A stretch of 64,000 nt of DNA. Source: Thermomicrobiales bacterium. Lineage in GTDB: Bacteria; Chloroflexota; Chloroflexia; Thermomicrobiales; CFX8. The position numbers were made by a program, and so were the translations under genes. The DNA is taken from assembly GCA_023954495.1 (NCBI GenBank), contig JAMLIA010000005.1, positions 6,174 to 70,173 on the forward strand, in the 5' to 3' direction. The notes under the pieces were generated by a model, which saw only the letters and a program-made list of their open reading frames with translations, was not told the DNA's origin and searched no databases. This document shows, one piece after another, positions 11,062-20,869 of the stretch (positions are counted from its first letter, which is position 1; the number at the start of each line of letters is the position of its first letter).

Positions 11062-11188
11062 GCATCCTCCCCCAGAACGATCCCGGATCCCTCAGGCACG
11101 GAGATACCATGAGCGGTGTGCCCTGTCCAGAATCCATTGTGCGGGAGACCGTGGAATAAGAGAGGATGCTGTGGTCGGACTGAGGCTG

Positions 11189-11392
11189 CTATTGTCGCTG
11201 CAGGTCGCCCTGATCAACGCGCCACTTCAGAAACTGGAGTCGCTTCCACTCTGTCAACGAGTCGACGTACTCGACAAATGGGTAGCACGCCTTCAATGCT
11301 TTCAGAGCGTCAATCTGTTCGTCGGTAAAACCCTGCTCGACGAGGTCAGCAACTGTGACTTCCGAGCGGGGAGTGAGCGAGGAAGCCGTCAA
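11189..11392 (-). CDS. Small hypothetical protein (67 aa)
   Basis: A TTG start is preceded by GGAGGA 6 nt upstream. No motif recognised. Confidence 0.45.
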   Translation of the reverse strand: MTASSLTPRSEVTVADLVEQGFTDEQIDALKALKACYPFVEYVDSLTEWKRLQFLKWRVDQGDLQRQ

Positions 11393-11546
11393 TCCTGTTC
11401 CTCCATTCCATACGACACCGATACAACTCCATCAACGTAGTATCGAGTTGGAACATTCCCCTGGGTCGCGTCTGCGAGGCCGCGGGTCTGCCCCTACTGA
11501 TGCAATTCCTGAGCCAGCGCTGAGGTTACGAACGTCGAACGCAAAC

Positions 11547-11585
11547 ATCCCCCGAGCCTGCCCGTTGAGGCGGCCCGGGGGATGA
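11547..11585 (-). terminator. Hairpin downstream of rpmE
   Basis: atcccccg...cgggggat is an inverted repeat just after the L31 stop. It is followed on the minus strand by a weak T-rich stretch. Confidence 0.4.
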
Positions 11586-11618
11586 TGCTTGCGATCGGGA
11601 TTGTGCGGCGTGGCGAGC

Positions 11619-11945
11619 CTAGCTCTCGCTGTCGCCTTCCGCCTCAGCGGCTGCAACGAGCAGCTGCTCGTCGCGGCCCTGAATCCGCTGTCGCTGATCC
11701 AGCTTCTTCTGTCGTCGCTCGGTCTTCTTGCGACGAGTCTCACCCTGGGCACCTTCGAGTCGGCGCATGAAGCGCTCGACCTGACCGGCGGTATCGACGA
11801 TGCGCTGCTCGCCCGTGTAGAACGGGTGGCACTTGTTGCACAGATCAACCCGCAGGTTTGGCTTGGTTGACCTTGTCGTCCAGGTGTTGCCACAGGAGCA
11901 AACGACGGTTGCTTCCTGATAATTCGGATGAATGCCAGCCTTCAT
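11619..11945 (-). CDS. rpmE: 50S ribosomal protein L31 (Zn-ribbon type) with charged C-terminal extension
   Basis: [20 protein letters not shown]...[10 protein letters not shown] is the L31 signature with four Cys. It is followed by about 35 extra charged residues. Confidence 0.9.
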   Translation of the reverse strand: MKAGIHPNYQEATVVCSCGNTWTTRSTKPNLRVDLCNKCHPFYTGEQRIVDTAGQVERFMRRLEGAQGETRRKKTERRQKKLDQRQRIQGRDEQLLVAAAEAEGDSES

Positions 11946-11996
11946 GACTGTTGACTCCAGGTTCCCGTTCTCTCGTGGAACGGTCGTAGATGCTAT

Positions 11997-12293
11997 CTAG
12001 TCGGCTGCCGCGACTTCGGCCTCAACGGCCGGGGCATCGGCGAATGGGTACACGCTGACGCGCTTGCGGTCGCGGTGGAATGGCTCGAACTTCACTTCGC
12101 CGTCAATCAGCGAATAGAGCGTGAAGTCGCGACCCATGCCGACGTTGGTGCCGGGGTAGATCTTCGTGCCCCGCTGGCGGACGATGATGCCGCCTGCGCG
12201 GGTGACGTTGCCGTCATAGAGCTTCACGCCAAGCCGCTTCGCCTTGCTGTCGCGGCCGTTACGGGAGCTACCCATACCCTTTTTATGTGCCAT
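11997..12293 (-). CDS. rpmA: 50S ribosomal protein L27
   Basis: [24 protein letters not shown]... is the canonical L27 N-terminus. Confidence 0.95.
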   Translation of the reverse strand: MAHKKGMGSSRNGRDSKAKRLGVKLYDGNVTRAGGIIVRQRGTKIYPGTNVGMGRDFTLYSLIDGEVKFEPFHRDRKRVSVYPFADAPAVEAEVAAAD

Positions 12294-12327
12294 TGTGGTC
12301 TCTCCGTTTCGTCCCGATTACGACACG

Positions 12328-12642
12328 TCAGGCGGTGCGGATCTCGTTGATCTGCAATCGCGTCAGTTCCTGGCGGTGGCCCTGTGTGCGGCGATAGCGC
12401 TTCTTGGGCTTGAACTTGAACACGCGGATCTTTGGTCCGCGGAAGTGCTCGGAGACGGTGGCGACGACAGCCGCTCCGTCCACAACCGGCGCACCGATGG
12501 TAACTCCAGCGTCGCCCGATACCATCAGTACACGGTCGAGCTCGACCTGTGAACCGGCATCGGCGCTGAGCCGCTCGACTGTAATCGTGTCGCCGGCGGC
12601 GACGCGGTATTGCTTACCGCCTGTCTCAATGACCGCGTACAC
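12328..12642 (-). CDS. rplU: 50S ribosomal protein L21
   Basis: (V->M)[13 protein letters not shown] is the canonical L21 start. GTG 12642 is preceded by AGGAGGGGG 5 nt upstream, and the longer ORF-track start lacks an SD. Confidence 0.9.
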   Translation of the reverse strand: MYAVIETGGKQYRVAAGDTITVERLSADAGSQVELDRVLMVSGDAGVTIGAPVVDGAAVVATVSEHFRGPKIRVFKFKPKKRYRRTQGHRQELTRLQINEIRTA

Positions 12643-12753
12643 CGAGTCCCCCTCCTGTGCCCGTTCTGCGGGCATGTCCTCGAATATGCATCCAGGCTCG
12701 TCGTTCAAACATGAACATCAGGCCAACGACATTGCGTGGCCTGCCGACCCGAA

Positions 12754-12782
12754 AGTATATCCAGTCGTTCGCTTGCCGTCAA
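12754..12782 (-). promoter_or_regulatory. Sigma70-like promoter for rplU-rpmA (TTGACG-17 nt-TATACT)
   Basis: On the minus strand TTGACG lies at 12782-12777 and TATACT at 12759-12754, about 110 nt upstream of the rplU start. Confidence 0.45.
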
Positions 12783-12869
12783 AGAGCCGTCTTCAACCGC
12801 ACGATATAAAGTATGCCATTTGGCGCAAGGCGGTTCGCGGTGATTCGGCACCGTAAACACCCGTCGTTC

Positions 12870-12899
12870 TTGACACGCTTCTCGAGCCGTTCCTACACT
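12870..12899 (+). promoter_or_regulatory. Sigma70-like promoter facing hemC (TTGACA-18 nt-TACACT)
   Basis: TTGACA at 12870-12875 and TACACT at 12894-12899, about 180 nt upstream of the proposed hemC start. Confidence 0.4.
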
Positions 12900-13079
12900 T
12901 CCCTGACAAATGAGGTTTGCCCAGATTCCACGCGCCTTCAGGTTCGTTCGTACGAGGTGCAGCGGGAGTCGTCGGGCCATCCACGCGGTGCGTGGCAGGG
13001 ATCGAGTGCGAGACAACATGACCTTATCTCAAGTCCAGTGTGCCGCGCAGTGTGGCATTTCCCAGATCGGTCGATCGTC

Positions 13080-14012
13080 GTGAGTGGAGTAGACGCAGCA
13101 GCACCCCCCAGGAGGCTCCGAATTGCTACACGCGGCAGCGCGCTCGCCAAAGTCCAGACCGCCCGCGTTGCTGCGATCCTCGAATCTTCGCATCCCAATC
13201 TGACCTGTGAGATCGTCGTCGTGTCGACCCACGGTGATCGCGACAAGGAAACGCCGCTCGCTGTGCTGGGCGGGGAGGGCGTCTTTGCCAAGGAACTGCA
13301 GCTAGCAGTCCTGCGCGGCGAAGCCGATTGCGCAGTCCACAGCGCCAAGGATCTCACCTCGATCATGCCGGACGGTTTGACGCTGGCGGCGATCCTGGAT
13401 CGCTCCGATCCTCGTGACGTACTTATCTCGCGGCATCCCGGCGGGCTCGATGGTCTGCCAGCCGGCGCACGGGTCGGAACGAGCAGCCGCCGCCGCATCG
13501 CTGAGTTGCGCCTGGCGCGGCCCGATGTAGAGGCGATTGAGCTGCGTGGGAACATCGATACGCGGATTGCGCGCGTGCTCGATGACGCAGATTCACCGTT
13601 CGATGCAGCCATCCTCGCCGCAGCCGGCGTCGCACGAATGGATCGCTCCGACATCGTCAGCGAGTACCTCGACATCGATCAGTTCATCCCGGCTCCAGGG
13701 CAGGGTGCGCTAGGTGTCGATTGCCGCAGCGACGATCGCGCGACCCGCACATTGCTGCAGGCGGTAACCGATCCGACGACAACGATTGAGGTTGAGGCGG
13801 AGCGGGCCTATTTGCGAACGTGCGGTGGCGGCTGCCGCTCGCCGCTTGCTGCGCATGCGCAGGTAGATGGTGACATCGTCAGGATGTGGGCGATGTACGC
13901 CGATGAGACGCTGGATCGCATCGCGACCGCCGAGGACGAGGACGACATCGAGGACGCGAACGCACTGGCGTCACGCCTGGCGACGATGCTGCAGGAACGC
14001 GTGCAGGCATGA
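13080..14012 (+). CDS. hemC: Hydroxymethylbilane synthase (porphobilinogen deaminase)
   Basis: RIATRGSALAKVQT, HSAKDL and the cofactor-Cys segment GGGCRSPLAAHA. The start is uncertain (GTG 13080). The ORF-track extension back to 12813 has no HemC similarity. Confidence 0.85.
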   Translation: MSGVDAAAPPRRLRIATRGSALAKVQTARVAAILESSHPNLTCEIVVVSTHGDRDKETPLAVLGGEGVFAKELQLAVLRGEADCAVHSAKDLTSIMPDGLTLAAILDRSDPRDVLISRHPGGLDGLPAGARVGTSSRRRIAELRLARPDVEAIELRGNIDTRIARVLDDADSPFDAAILAAAGVARMDRSDIVSEYLDIDQFIPAPGQGALGVDCRSDDRATRTLLQAVTDPTTTIEVEAERAYLRTCGGGCRSPLAAHAQVDGDIVRMWAMYADETLDRIATAEDEDDIEDANALASRLATMLQERVQA

Positions 14013-14821
14013 GCGACGCCGCTGCTGTCCTGCCGCTCTCCGGTTTGCGGATCGTCGTGACCCGCGCGACCGGGCAGGCAGCGGACCTCTCCGAGCGACT
14101 GGAAGCGCTCGGAGCAGTCGTCGGTGAGTTGCCGGCAATCGAGATTGTTCCGCTGCCGCCGAGCGAGCTCGATGCGCGGCTGAGTCAGATCGACACCTAC
14201 GACTGGATCGTGCTTACCAGCACGAACGGCGTCGAGATGTTTGCAGGGCGCCTGCGCGACGCAAATGCACTCGTCGCGGCAGTTCGTCGCTGGCGCATTG
14301 CAGCGATCGGGCAGGCGACTGCAAAGCGGTTGCGGCAGCATGGTCTGCCGGTCGATCTGATCCCTGACCGCGCCGTTGCGGAGAGCCTGCTCGAAGCGCT
14401 GTTGGCAACGGGAGTAGAGGGGCGTCGCCTGCTGTTGCCGGTCGCCGAAGGTGCCCGCGCCGTTCTGCCGGACGGCCTGCGGGCAGCTGGTGCGACGGTC
14501 GATGTGGTGGCGACCTATCGAACCATCCGGCCGCAGGACTACGAATCCGATGCCCTGCAGATCGTTCGGAGCGGGGCCGTCGATGTGCTGACGTTTGCTT
14601 CGCCCTCCGCCGTCCGCAACACCATTGATCTGGTTGGTGGACCGATACCCGCAGCTGTGGCGATTGCCTGCATCGGCCCGGTCACGGCGCGAGCGGCGAG
14701 TGACGTCGGGCTAACCGTCGATATTGAAGCGCAGGATCATTCCATTGCCGGGCTGATTGACGCGATAAGCAGCTGGGCCGCGCAACGAGCGCCGCAGAAG
14801 GAGCAATCCAATGTCTGTTGA
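14009..14821 (+). CDS. hemD: Uroporphyrinogen-III synthase
   Basis: Its position between hemC and hemB, a 4-nt overlap with hemC and an LRIVVTRA... two-lobed layout fit HemD. Sequence conservation in this family is weak. Confidence 0.75.
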   Translation: MSDAAAVLPLSGLRIVVTRATGQAADLSERLEALGAVVGELPAIEIVPLPPSELDARLSQIDTYDWIVLTSTNGVEMFAGRLRDANALVAAVRRWRIAAIGQATAKRLRQHGLPVDLIPDRAVAESLLEALLATGVEGRRLLLPVAEGARAVLPDGLRAAGATVDVVATYRTIRPQDYESDALQIVRSGAVDVLTFASPSAVRNTIDLVGGPIPAAVAIACIGPVTARAASDVGLTVDIEAQDHSIAGLIDAISSWAAQRAPQKEQSNVC

Positions 14822-15845
14822 CCGTGATGGCCATCCACCTTTTCGTCGCTACCGTCGCCTGCGTCAGTCCGCAGGTCTGCGGCGATTTGCGCGTGAGACG
14901 TTGCTGCATCCGGGCGACTTCATCTACCCGCTGTTCGTCACCTTTGGGACCGGCGTCCGGCGCGAGGTACCGTCGATGCCCGACGTGTACCAGATTTCGG
15001 TCGATCAACTCGAGCGCGAGGCGAACGAGCTCCTGTCGCTCGGCGTCGGTAGCGTCATCCTGTTCGGTATTCCGGAGGTCAAGGATGACGAGGCGTCCGA
15101 CGCCTACGATCCCGAAGGCGTGGTGCAACGCGCGATTCGTGAACTCAAGCGCGCGACGCCCGAACTGATGGTGATGGGTGATGTTTGCTGCTGCGAATAC
15201 ACCACACACGGTCACTGCGGAATCCTGGACGGTGAGATCGTCGACAACGATCGCACGCTGACATTGCTGGCTCGTACGGCTGTCGCTCAGGCGCAGGCCG
15301 GCGTGGACATCGTCGCGCCGTCCGACATGATGGACGGTCGGGTGAAGGTCATGCGCGAGGCTCTGGATGCGGCGGGGTATGCGTCGTTGCCGATCCTGTC
15401 GTACGCAGCCAAGTACGCGTCCGGGTTCTACGGTCCGTTCCGCGATGCCGCCGAATCAACACCGGAATTCGGCGACCGGCGTAGCCACCAGATGGATCCG
15501 GCCAACGCCCGCGAAGCCTATCTGGAGATTGCAGCCGACATTGATGAAGGTGCTGATGCGATCATCATCAAGCCCGCGATGCCGTACCTGGATGTCATCG
15601 CCGGGGCGCGTCAACGGTTCGACGTCCCGATCGCTGCCTACAACGTCAGCGGCGAGTATTCGATGGTCCGGGCGGCCGGTCAGGCGGGCTGGATCGACGA
15701 GCGCCGGGTGACGATGGAGCTCCTGACGTCGATCCGTCGGGCAGGTGCCAGCCAGATCATCACCTATCACGCGAAAGACGCTGCGAAGTGGTTGCGTGAA
15801 GAATATGGCGCTGCCTCGACAGCCGCCGAACTGGTGGGCGGCTAG
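14811..15845 (+). CDS. hemB: Porphobilinogen synthase (delta-aminolevulinate dehydratase)
   Basis: RRLRQSAGLRRFARETLLHPGDFIYPLFV, DIVAPSDMMDGRV and the active-site Lys segment IIKPAMPYLD. Confidence 0.9.
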   Translation: MSVDRDGHPPFRRYRRLRQSAGLRRFARETLLHPGDFIYPLFVTFGTGVRREVPSMPDVYQISVDQLEREANELLSLGVGSVILFGIPEVKDDEASDAYDPEGVVQRAIRELKRATPELMVMGDVCCCEYTTHGHCGILDGEIVDNDRTLTLLARTAVAQAQAGVDIVAPSDMMDGRVKVMREALDAAGYASLPILSYAAKYASGFYGPFRDAAESTPEFGDRRSHQMDPANAREAYLEIAADIDEGADAIIIKPAMPYLDVIAGARQRFDVPIAAYNVSGEYSMVRAAGQAGWIDERRVTMELLTSIRRAGASQIITYHAKDAAKWLREEYGAASTAAELVGG

Positions 15846-15943
15846 GGTGACGGCAGCCTAGTCGTACAATCAGTGCATGGGGCCGCAGACACGATCGAGG
15901 TACTGCCGGTCTCGATCGATTTCTGGTGACGACGGAGGAAAGC

Positions 15944-16321
15944 GTGCAGTTCTATCTCAAGTCCGATAAAGCCGATTCGGCTTCCCCAATAGGTGAGACC
16001 GAAGGTCGGCAGGTTCTGAAGCGGCTCCGCACTGGCGGACGCAAGATCGTTGACATATACGTTCTCGAAGCGGATGGCGCAATCGATCGCTATCAGGAGC
16101 GAACGCGGCGACGTCTCGGCTCGAACGCAATCGCCTCGCGAACATGGTTGTGCGAGACCGCTGACGGGGCCGAGTGGGTCAATGGCCGCTATGTGCCGGA
16201 ACCGCTAGAGGCGATCGACGAGACGGAGCCGAGCCCGTTGGCCGTCGTGCTGGTCCTGACCGGTGCCGAGTCCATGCCCGAGACGACGATCGAGCAGCTC
16301 CAGAGCATCCCGACCGCGTAG
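15944..16321 (+). CDS. Hypothetical protein (about 125 aa)
   Basis: An ORF with GTG 15944 preceded by GGAGGA (GTG 15926 is an alternative), followed by a strong terminator. No motif recognised. Confidence 0.5.
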   Translation: MQFYLKSDKADSASPIGETEGRQVLKRLRTGGRKIVDIYVLEADGAIDRYQERTRRRLGSNAIASRTWLCETADGAEWVNGRYVPEPLEAIDETEPSPLAVVLVLTGAESMPETTIEQLQSIPTA

Positions 16322-16342
16322 AGCACTCAGCCACGTTTCGAG

Positions 16343-16368
16343 AAGCCCGCTCCAGGCGGGCTTTTTCG
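16343..16368 (+). terminator. Intrinsic terminator
   Basis: aagcccgc-tccag-gcgggctt followed by tttttcgtt. Confidence 0.7.
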
Positions 16369-16424
16369 TTGTCTGCGCTTCGTGCGATGATCGAACATCA
16401 GACAATCGACAGGGAGGGACGCTG

Positions 16425-17375
16425 ATGGAATACCGACAGCTTGGACGCAGCGGCGTTATGGTCTCAGCACTTGGGTTGGGTGGAAACACGTTCGGTCGAA
16501 CGTGCGATGTCGCGACGACGGCTGCGATCGTCCACCGCGCGCTGGATCTGGGAATCAATCACTTCGACACGGCTGACAGTTACGGCGGCACACGTTCAGA
16601 GGTGTATCTTGGCGCGGCGCTGCGGGGCCGAAGACACGACGCAATCATCGCGACAAAGACCGGCTACCCGGTCGGCAGTGGCCCGAACAGCGACGGTCTC
16701 TCGCGACGGCGAATCATCGCCAGTTGCGAGGCGAGCCTGCGCCGAATGGGAACGGACTACGTTGATGTCTTCTATCTGCACCGTCCGGACCCACTGACGG
16801 ATATTGAGGAGAGCCTCGAGGCGCTGGACGATCTGGTCCGACAAGGCAAAGTCCGCTACGCAGCGTGCTCCAATTACACCGGCTGGGAGATTGCCCGGCT
16901 CTGCGAGCGCGCGGCGGCGCACGGTTGGGCCGTTCCGATTCTGACGCAGTCGCGATACAGCATGCTGTTCCGCGAAACAGCGCACGAGATCGCCCCGGCG
17001 GCGCTCGCCTATGACATGGGCATCGTGCCCTATTCGCCGTTGGCGGGCGGGCTGCTGACCGGGAAGTACCGCTCGGCGGACAACATCGAGCCGGGCACGC
17101 GAGCCTGGAACAACCCGAACCTCCAGTCGCTGCTTGCTGATGTGATGCAGGTTGTCAGCGACCTGCGGGCGTTCGCCGAGCGCCACGATCGCACGATCGG
17201 CGACCTGGCGATCGCCTGGCTGTTGAATCAGCCGGGAGTCTGCTCAGTCATCACCGGTGTTACCAGTGCGGAGCAGGTGGAGACGAACGCGCACGCCGTA
17301 GGTTGGGTACTTGACGACGTTGAGCTCGGTGAAATTGGCGGCATCCTGGCCGCTGCGCCAGTAGAACTGGGGTAA
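16425..17375 (+). CDS. Aldo/keto reductase
   Basis: MEYRQLGRSGVMVSALGLGGNTFG...FDTADSYG is the AKR signature. AGGGAGGGA precedes ATG 16425. The ORF-track extension upstream crosses the terminator. Confidence 0.85.
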   Translation: MEYRQLGRSGVMVSALGLGGNTFGRTCDVATTAAIVHRALDLGINHFDTADSYGGTRSEVYLGAALRGRRHDAIIATKTGYPVGSGPNSDGLSRRRIIASCEASLRRMGTDYVDVFYLHRPDPLTDIEESLEALDDLVRQGKVRYAACSNYTGWEIARLCERAAAHGWAVPILTQSRYSMLFRETAHEIAPAALAYDMGIVPYSPLAGGLLTGKYRSADNIEPGTRAWNNPNLQSLLADVMQVVSDLRAFAERHDRTIGDLAIAWLLNQPGVCSVITGVTSAEQVETNAHAVGWVLDDVELGEIGGILAAAPVELG

Positions 17376-17379
17376 AGCG

Positions 17380-17763
17380 ATGAGTCACGACGAGCAGACG
17401 CCGACCTGCCGGAATCGTATCGAAGCGTTCCGAGAGCAACGGCAGCGCCACAACGAACGCATCTTCGAGATCGAGCACTTGGGCATCAAGCGCTTCTTCA
17501 GACTGGACAGCGCTGCTTACGAAGAGGGTGCGCTCGATTCGCGGACGAAGGAACTGCTGGGCCTCGTCGCGTCGGCTGTGCTGCGCTGCGATGACTGCGT
17601 GGACTACCACCTCGACCAGTGCATCGACATCGGGCTGAGTGATGCAGAGCTCTACGACGCCCTGAACGTGGCACTGGTCGTCGGCGGCAGCATCGTCATC
17701 CCGCACCTGCGCCACGCCGTCGAATCGATCGACCTCATTCGTGAAGGACGCAACGAGCGCTGA
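17380..17763 (+). CDS. Carboxymuconolactone decarboxylase / AhpD-like family protein
   Basis: AVLRCDDCVDYH is a CxxC-type motif in an all-helical, roughly 125-aa protein, typical of the CMD/AhpD core. Confidence 0.75.
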   Translation: MSHDEQTPTCRNRIEAFREQRQRHNERIFEIEHLGIKRFFRLDSAAYEEGALDSRTKELLGLVASAVLRCDDCVDYHLDQCIDIGLSDAELYDALNVALVVGGSIVIPHLRHAVESIDLIREGRNER

Positions 17764-17786
17764 GTCCAACGCGCGCATGCGCGACA

Positions 17787-19073
17787 TCACTCAACCGCCG
17801 GGACTGCCTCGGGCGTTTCGGCGACCGCTGTCGCGCGAGCGCGTGCATTCGCGCGCGAGAAGTAGACGTAAAACAGAATCATTGCCAGTGTCATCGTGAC
17901 ACTGTAGGTGCCGAAGGCGACGTTGTATCCGTGGGTGACGATGAGGCCACCGGCGATGAAGCTGGCGATCGACCAGCCGAAGTTCCACGAGGCCGATCGG
18001 TAACTGAACACGGCAGCGCGCGCTCTGGCCGGCAAGAGCTCGGAGATGTAGGTGCTGTCGATCGGCCACGCCATGTTGATCGACGTCGTTCGCAACATGT
18101 GAGCGACGATTGCGATTGGGAGATTGGCAGTCAGCATCAGCATCAAATACCACGGCACTGGCGCGAGCCGTACGAAGACGACCGCTTTGAGCGAGCCCAT
18201 CCGCTGGGCAACGAGTGGAGAGAGCAATCCAACGAACGCTGCCATGAGTCCCGCCGCGGAGAAGATCAACCCGATCTCGCCAGCACTGGCTCCCTGCCGC
18301 TCCAGAAACACGTTGTAGAACGGGAACAGCGCACCAGCACCGATGCTCATCAGACCACCAACGGCTATGAAAATTGCCATGTGCCGTCGCACGGTGCGCG
18401 GATTGTGAACCACGGGATGCGCGTGCGAGCCGACTTCGTTCTCGTCCTGCGGGATCGATTGCTTGCGCTCCGCGCTCATCATCATCAGCGGGATGATTGC
18501 GAACCCGGCGATGACGATGCCGAGGATGAGTGTGTAACGGTAGGCCTCGGCACTTTGCGCTTGCAGGCCGCTGAACAGGCTCAGCGAGCGCGGCATCCAG
18601 CCACCCAGCAGGCTTCCGAAGGTGATCGACAATGAGTTCAGCGAGAACGCCAGCGCCGCGACGTGGTGGCGTTCGTGGCTGCGGGTGAGGTCGACGATGA
18701 ACGGCATGGTCGGTACAAACAGGAAGGCCGTGCCGGCACCGCTCAGTCCGGCACACACGAGCAGCAGGAGCGGGTCGGTGACGATGCAGGCGAGCAACGA
18801 GGTCAAGACGAACACGATCAGGCCGATCGAGACGGTGCGCCAGACGCCGCTGCGATTGATCATCACCCCCATGCCGAGCGCCACGACGCCCATCGCCAGC
18901 GTGTTGACCGAATTCCAGCGCCCGATGTAATCCTCTTCGTGGCCCAGCTGAACGAGATAGAGGTTAAACAGCAGCGTGAAGACGCCGATACCAACGTTGG
19001 AGATCAGGCTGTAGAGCAGGTACAGCTTGATATCGCGGGCATGCGCAAGGACACCGCGAATGTAGGAGCTCAC
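17787..19073 (-). CDS. MFS transporter
   Basis: About 12 predicted hydrophobic helices in a 428-aa protein with MFS-like loop basic residues. Confidence 0.8.
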   Translation of the reverse strand: MSSYIRGVLAHARDIKLYLLYSLISNVGIGVFTLLFNLYLVQLGHEEDYIGRWNSVNTLAMGVVALGMGVMINRSGVWRTVSIGLIVFVLTSLLACIVTDPLLLLVCAGLSGAGTAFLFVPTMPFIVDLTRSHERHHVAALAFSLNSLSITFGSLLGGWMPRSLSLFSGLQAQSAEAYRYTLILGIVIAGFAIIPLMMMSAERKQSIPQDENEVGSHAHPVVHNPRTVRRHMAIFIAVGGLMSIGAGALFPFYNVFLERQGASAGEIGLIFSAAGLMAAFVGLLSPLVAQRMGSLKAVVFVRLAPVPWYLMLMLTANLPIAIVAHMLRTTSINMAWPIDSTYISELLPARARAAVFSYRSASWNFGWSIASFIAGGLIVTHGYNVAFGTYSVTMTLAMILFYVYFSRANARARATAVAETPEAVPAVE

Positions 19074-19108
19074 GTCTCATCCGTTTCACTCGAACAGGCC
19101 GCAGCGGA

Positions 19109-20869
19109 TTATAGCGGTGGCGTATCCAGATTGTGAGTGGAATTCAGCACAGTCGATGGACGGAAATCGACCAGATAGAGCTTCAGGCTTGTTCGCCCGT
19201 CCCAGGTGTCACGTTGCAGGCGTGTGACGATATCAATGTGCGTGAGCCGGAGCAGCTCCGGAAGCCGATGGCCAGCACCAAAGAGGACGGCGCGATGGCC
19301 GCGGCGACCTTCAGCACCGACCTGTAGCAGCAGATGGCGACCGTCGCGAGACGTCTTCGCGTAGCGGTGTGAAAGCCCGCGTATCAGCAGGTGCGGCTCA
19401 GGGTTGCCCTGCCCGAACGGCTCCAGCTGTTCGAGGGCGTCAACGGTGCCAAGGTCAAGATCGGACGGGTCGGCTTCGGCGTCGATTGCGATCGTCCGTT
19501 GCGGCAAGCGCCCGCCGCACAGGTCGAGGACCGATGCGTTCAGCTCGTGGACAAAGGCGTCGAACATCTCTGCCTGCATCGACAGCCCGGCCGCAGCCTC
19601 GTGACCGCCGAAGCGATCGAGAATATCGCTGCTGGCTGAGATCGCCTGCACGATATCGACGCCGGGCACTGACCGCGCCGAACCGCGCACGACGCCGTCC
19701 CGATGTTCCAGCACGATTGCCGGGCGATAAAAGCGGTCGACAAGGCGGCTCGCAACCAGACCGACGATGCCGTTGCTCCAGCCGTCACCGGCAACGACGA
19801 TGGCTGGGAAGTCAGGTTGCCAACCGATTTCGCGCAATTGCCCTTCGGCTTCTTCCAGCACGCGGGTTGTTTCGGCGCGCCGATGCTCATTGAGGTCGTT
19901 GAGCTGGAGAGCCAATGGTGTGGCGGTCGTGGCATCGTCCGCCAGCAGCAGATCCAGTGCTATATCGGGGTCGGCGACGCGCCCGGCAGCGTTGATGCGT
20001 GGGCCGATAACGAATCCGATGTGCCAGGTCGACAGGCGCGATTGATCCAGCCCGGCGCTCGCGCACATCGCTCGCAAGCCCGGCAGCTGCCAACGCCGCA
20101 TTTTCGAGATGCCCTTCGCGACCAGCACCCGGTTTTCGCCGCGCAGCTCGACGACATCGGCGACGCTGCCAAGGGCGACATACGGCAGGTACATCTCGGC
20201 ATCGTCGTCGCCCAGCAGCAAGCGCACGAGCATGTAGGTGACGCCAACAGCGGCGAGGTCGCGGAACGGATAGGCGTTGTCCGGACGCTGCGGGCTGACG
20301 AACGCGACGCTTTCCGGCAGTGCGCCACTGTAGTGGTGGTGGTCGGCGACGATCGCGTCGATTCCGTTGTCGAGCAGCATCTGCAGCTCGTCCGGGCTGC
20401 TGCTGCCGCAATCGACGCAGATGACGAGATTCGGCTGCTGATCAACGATCTTCTCAGCCATCGGCATCGTCAAGCCGTAGCCATCGCGCAGGCGATGCGG
20501 GATCATCGTCGACGGCGTTGCGCCGAGACGGCACAGAACCCGAACAAGCATGGCCGTCGAGGTCAGCCCGTCAACATCGTAATCGCCATACACGAGGATG
20601 CGCTCACCGCGCTGGATGGCGTCCCGCATCCGGCTCACTGCGCGCTCCGCGTCCGGCAACAGCGCCGGGTCGGCCAGCGATCCCCGCAGCGGATTCAGGA
20701 AGCGCTCTGCGTCGGCTGCGGTGGTGAGTCCGCGAGCGCGGAGGATCGCTGAGATCAGCGGATCATCGACGAGAAGCTCAAGGCTGGAATGTCGGGTTGG
20801 CTCTATCCAGAGAGCATTCGAGCCGTGTTGGCGTGGGTTGTCATTGCAGGTGTCGGTGTCAGCTTGCAT
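19109..20869 (-). CDS. recJ: Single-stranded-DNA-specific exonuclease RecJ
   Basis: DHH-family motifs LVYGDYDVDGLTS, VCVDCGSS and VADHHH. The length of 586 aa fits. Confidence 0.9.
   Translation of the reverse strand: MQADTDTCNDNPRQHGSNALWIEPTRHSSLELLVDDPLISAILRARGLTTAADAERFLNPLRGSLADPALLPDAERAVSRMRDAIQRGERILVYGDYDVDGLTSTAMLVRVLCRLGATPSTMIPHRLRDGYGLTMPMAEKIVDQQPNLVICVDCGSSSPDELQMLLDNGIDAIVADHHHYSGALPESVAFVSPQRPDNAYPFRDLAAVGVTYMLVRLLLGDDDAEMYLPYVALGSVADVVELRGENRVLVAKGISKMRRWQLPGLRAMCASAGLDQSRLSTWHIGFVIGPRINAAGRVADPDIALDLLLADDATTATPLALQLNDLNEHRRAETTRVLEEAEGQLREIGWQPDFPAIVVAGDGWSNGIVGLVASRLVDRFYRPAIVLEHRDGVVRGSARSVPGVDIVQAISASSDILDRFGGHEAAAGLSMQAEMFDAFVHELNASVLDLCGGRLPQRTIAIDAEADPSDLDLGTVDALEQLEPFGQGNPEPHLLIRGLSHRYAKTSRDGRHLLLQVGAEGRRGHRAVLFGAGHRLPELLRLTHIDIVTRLQRDTWDGRTSLKLYLVDFRPSTVLNSTHNLDTPPL

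Noticed and set aside
11062-11188. Possible TPP riboswitch upstream of the thiO-like gene
   Set aside because: The minus-strand leader contains gtgcCTGAGGgatccggg. It lacks the conserved ACCUGAUCUGGAUAAUGCCAGCG-type core and the usual helices, and the gene has no thiS/thiG partners. Only a cmscan could overturn this.
16263-16424. N-terminal extension of the aldo/keto reductase ORF
   Set aside because: It crosses the strong terminator at 16343-16368 and the end of the upstream gene. AKR similarity and an AGGGAGGGA SD begin at 16425.
17791-18756. Long alternative-frame and antisense ORFs inside well-supported genes (for example 17791..18756, 10060..10863, 19703..20752, 27390..28385, 51396..52535, 53677..54597, 60138..60875)
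   Set aside because: They have Arg/Ala/Pro/Gly-rich low-complexity translations and no motifs, and they overlap motif-supported genes completely. Such stop-free frames are expected in GC-rich sequence.
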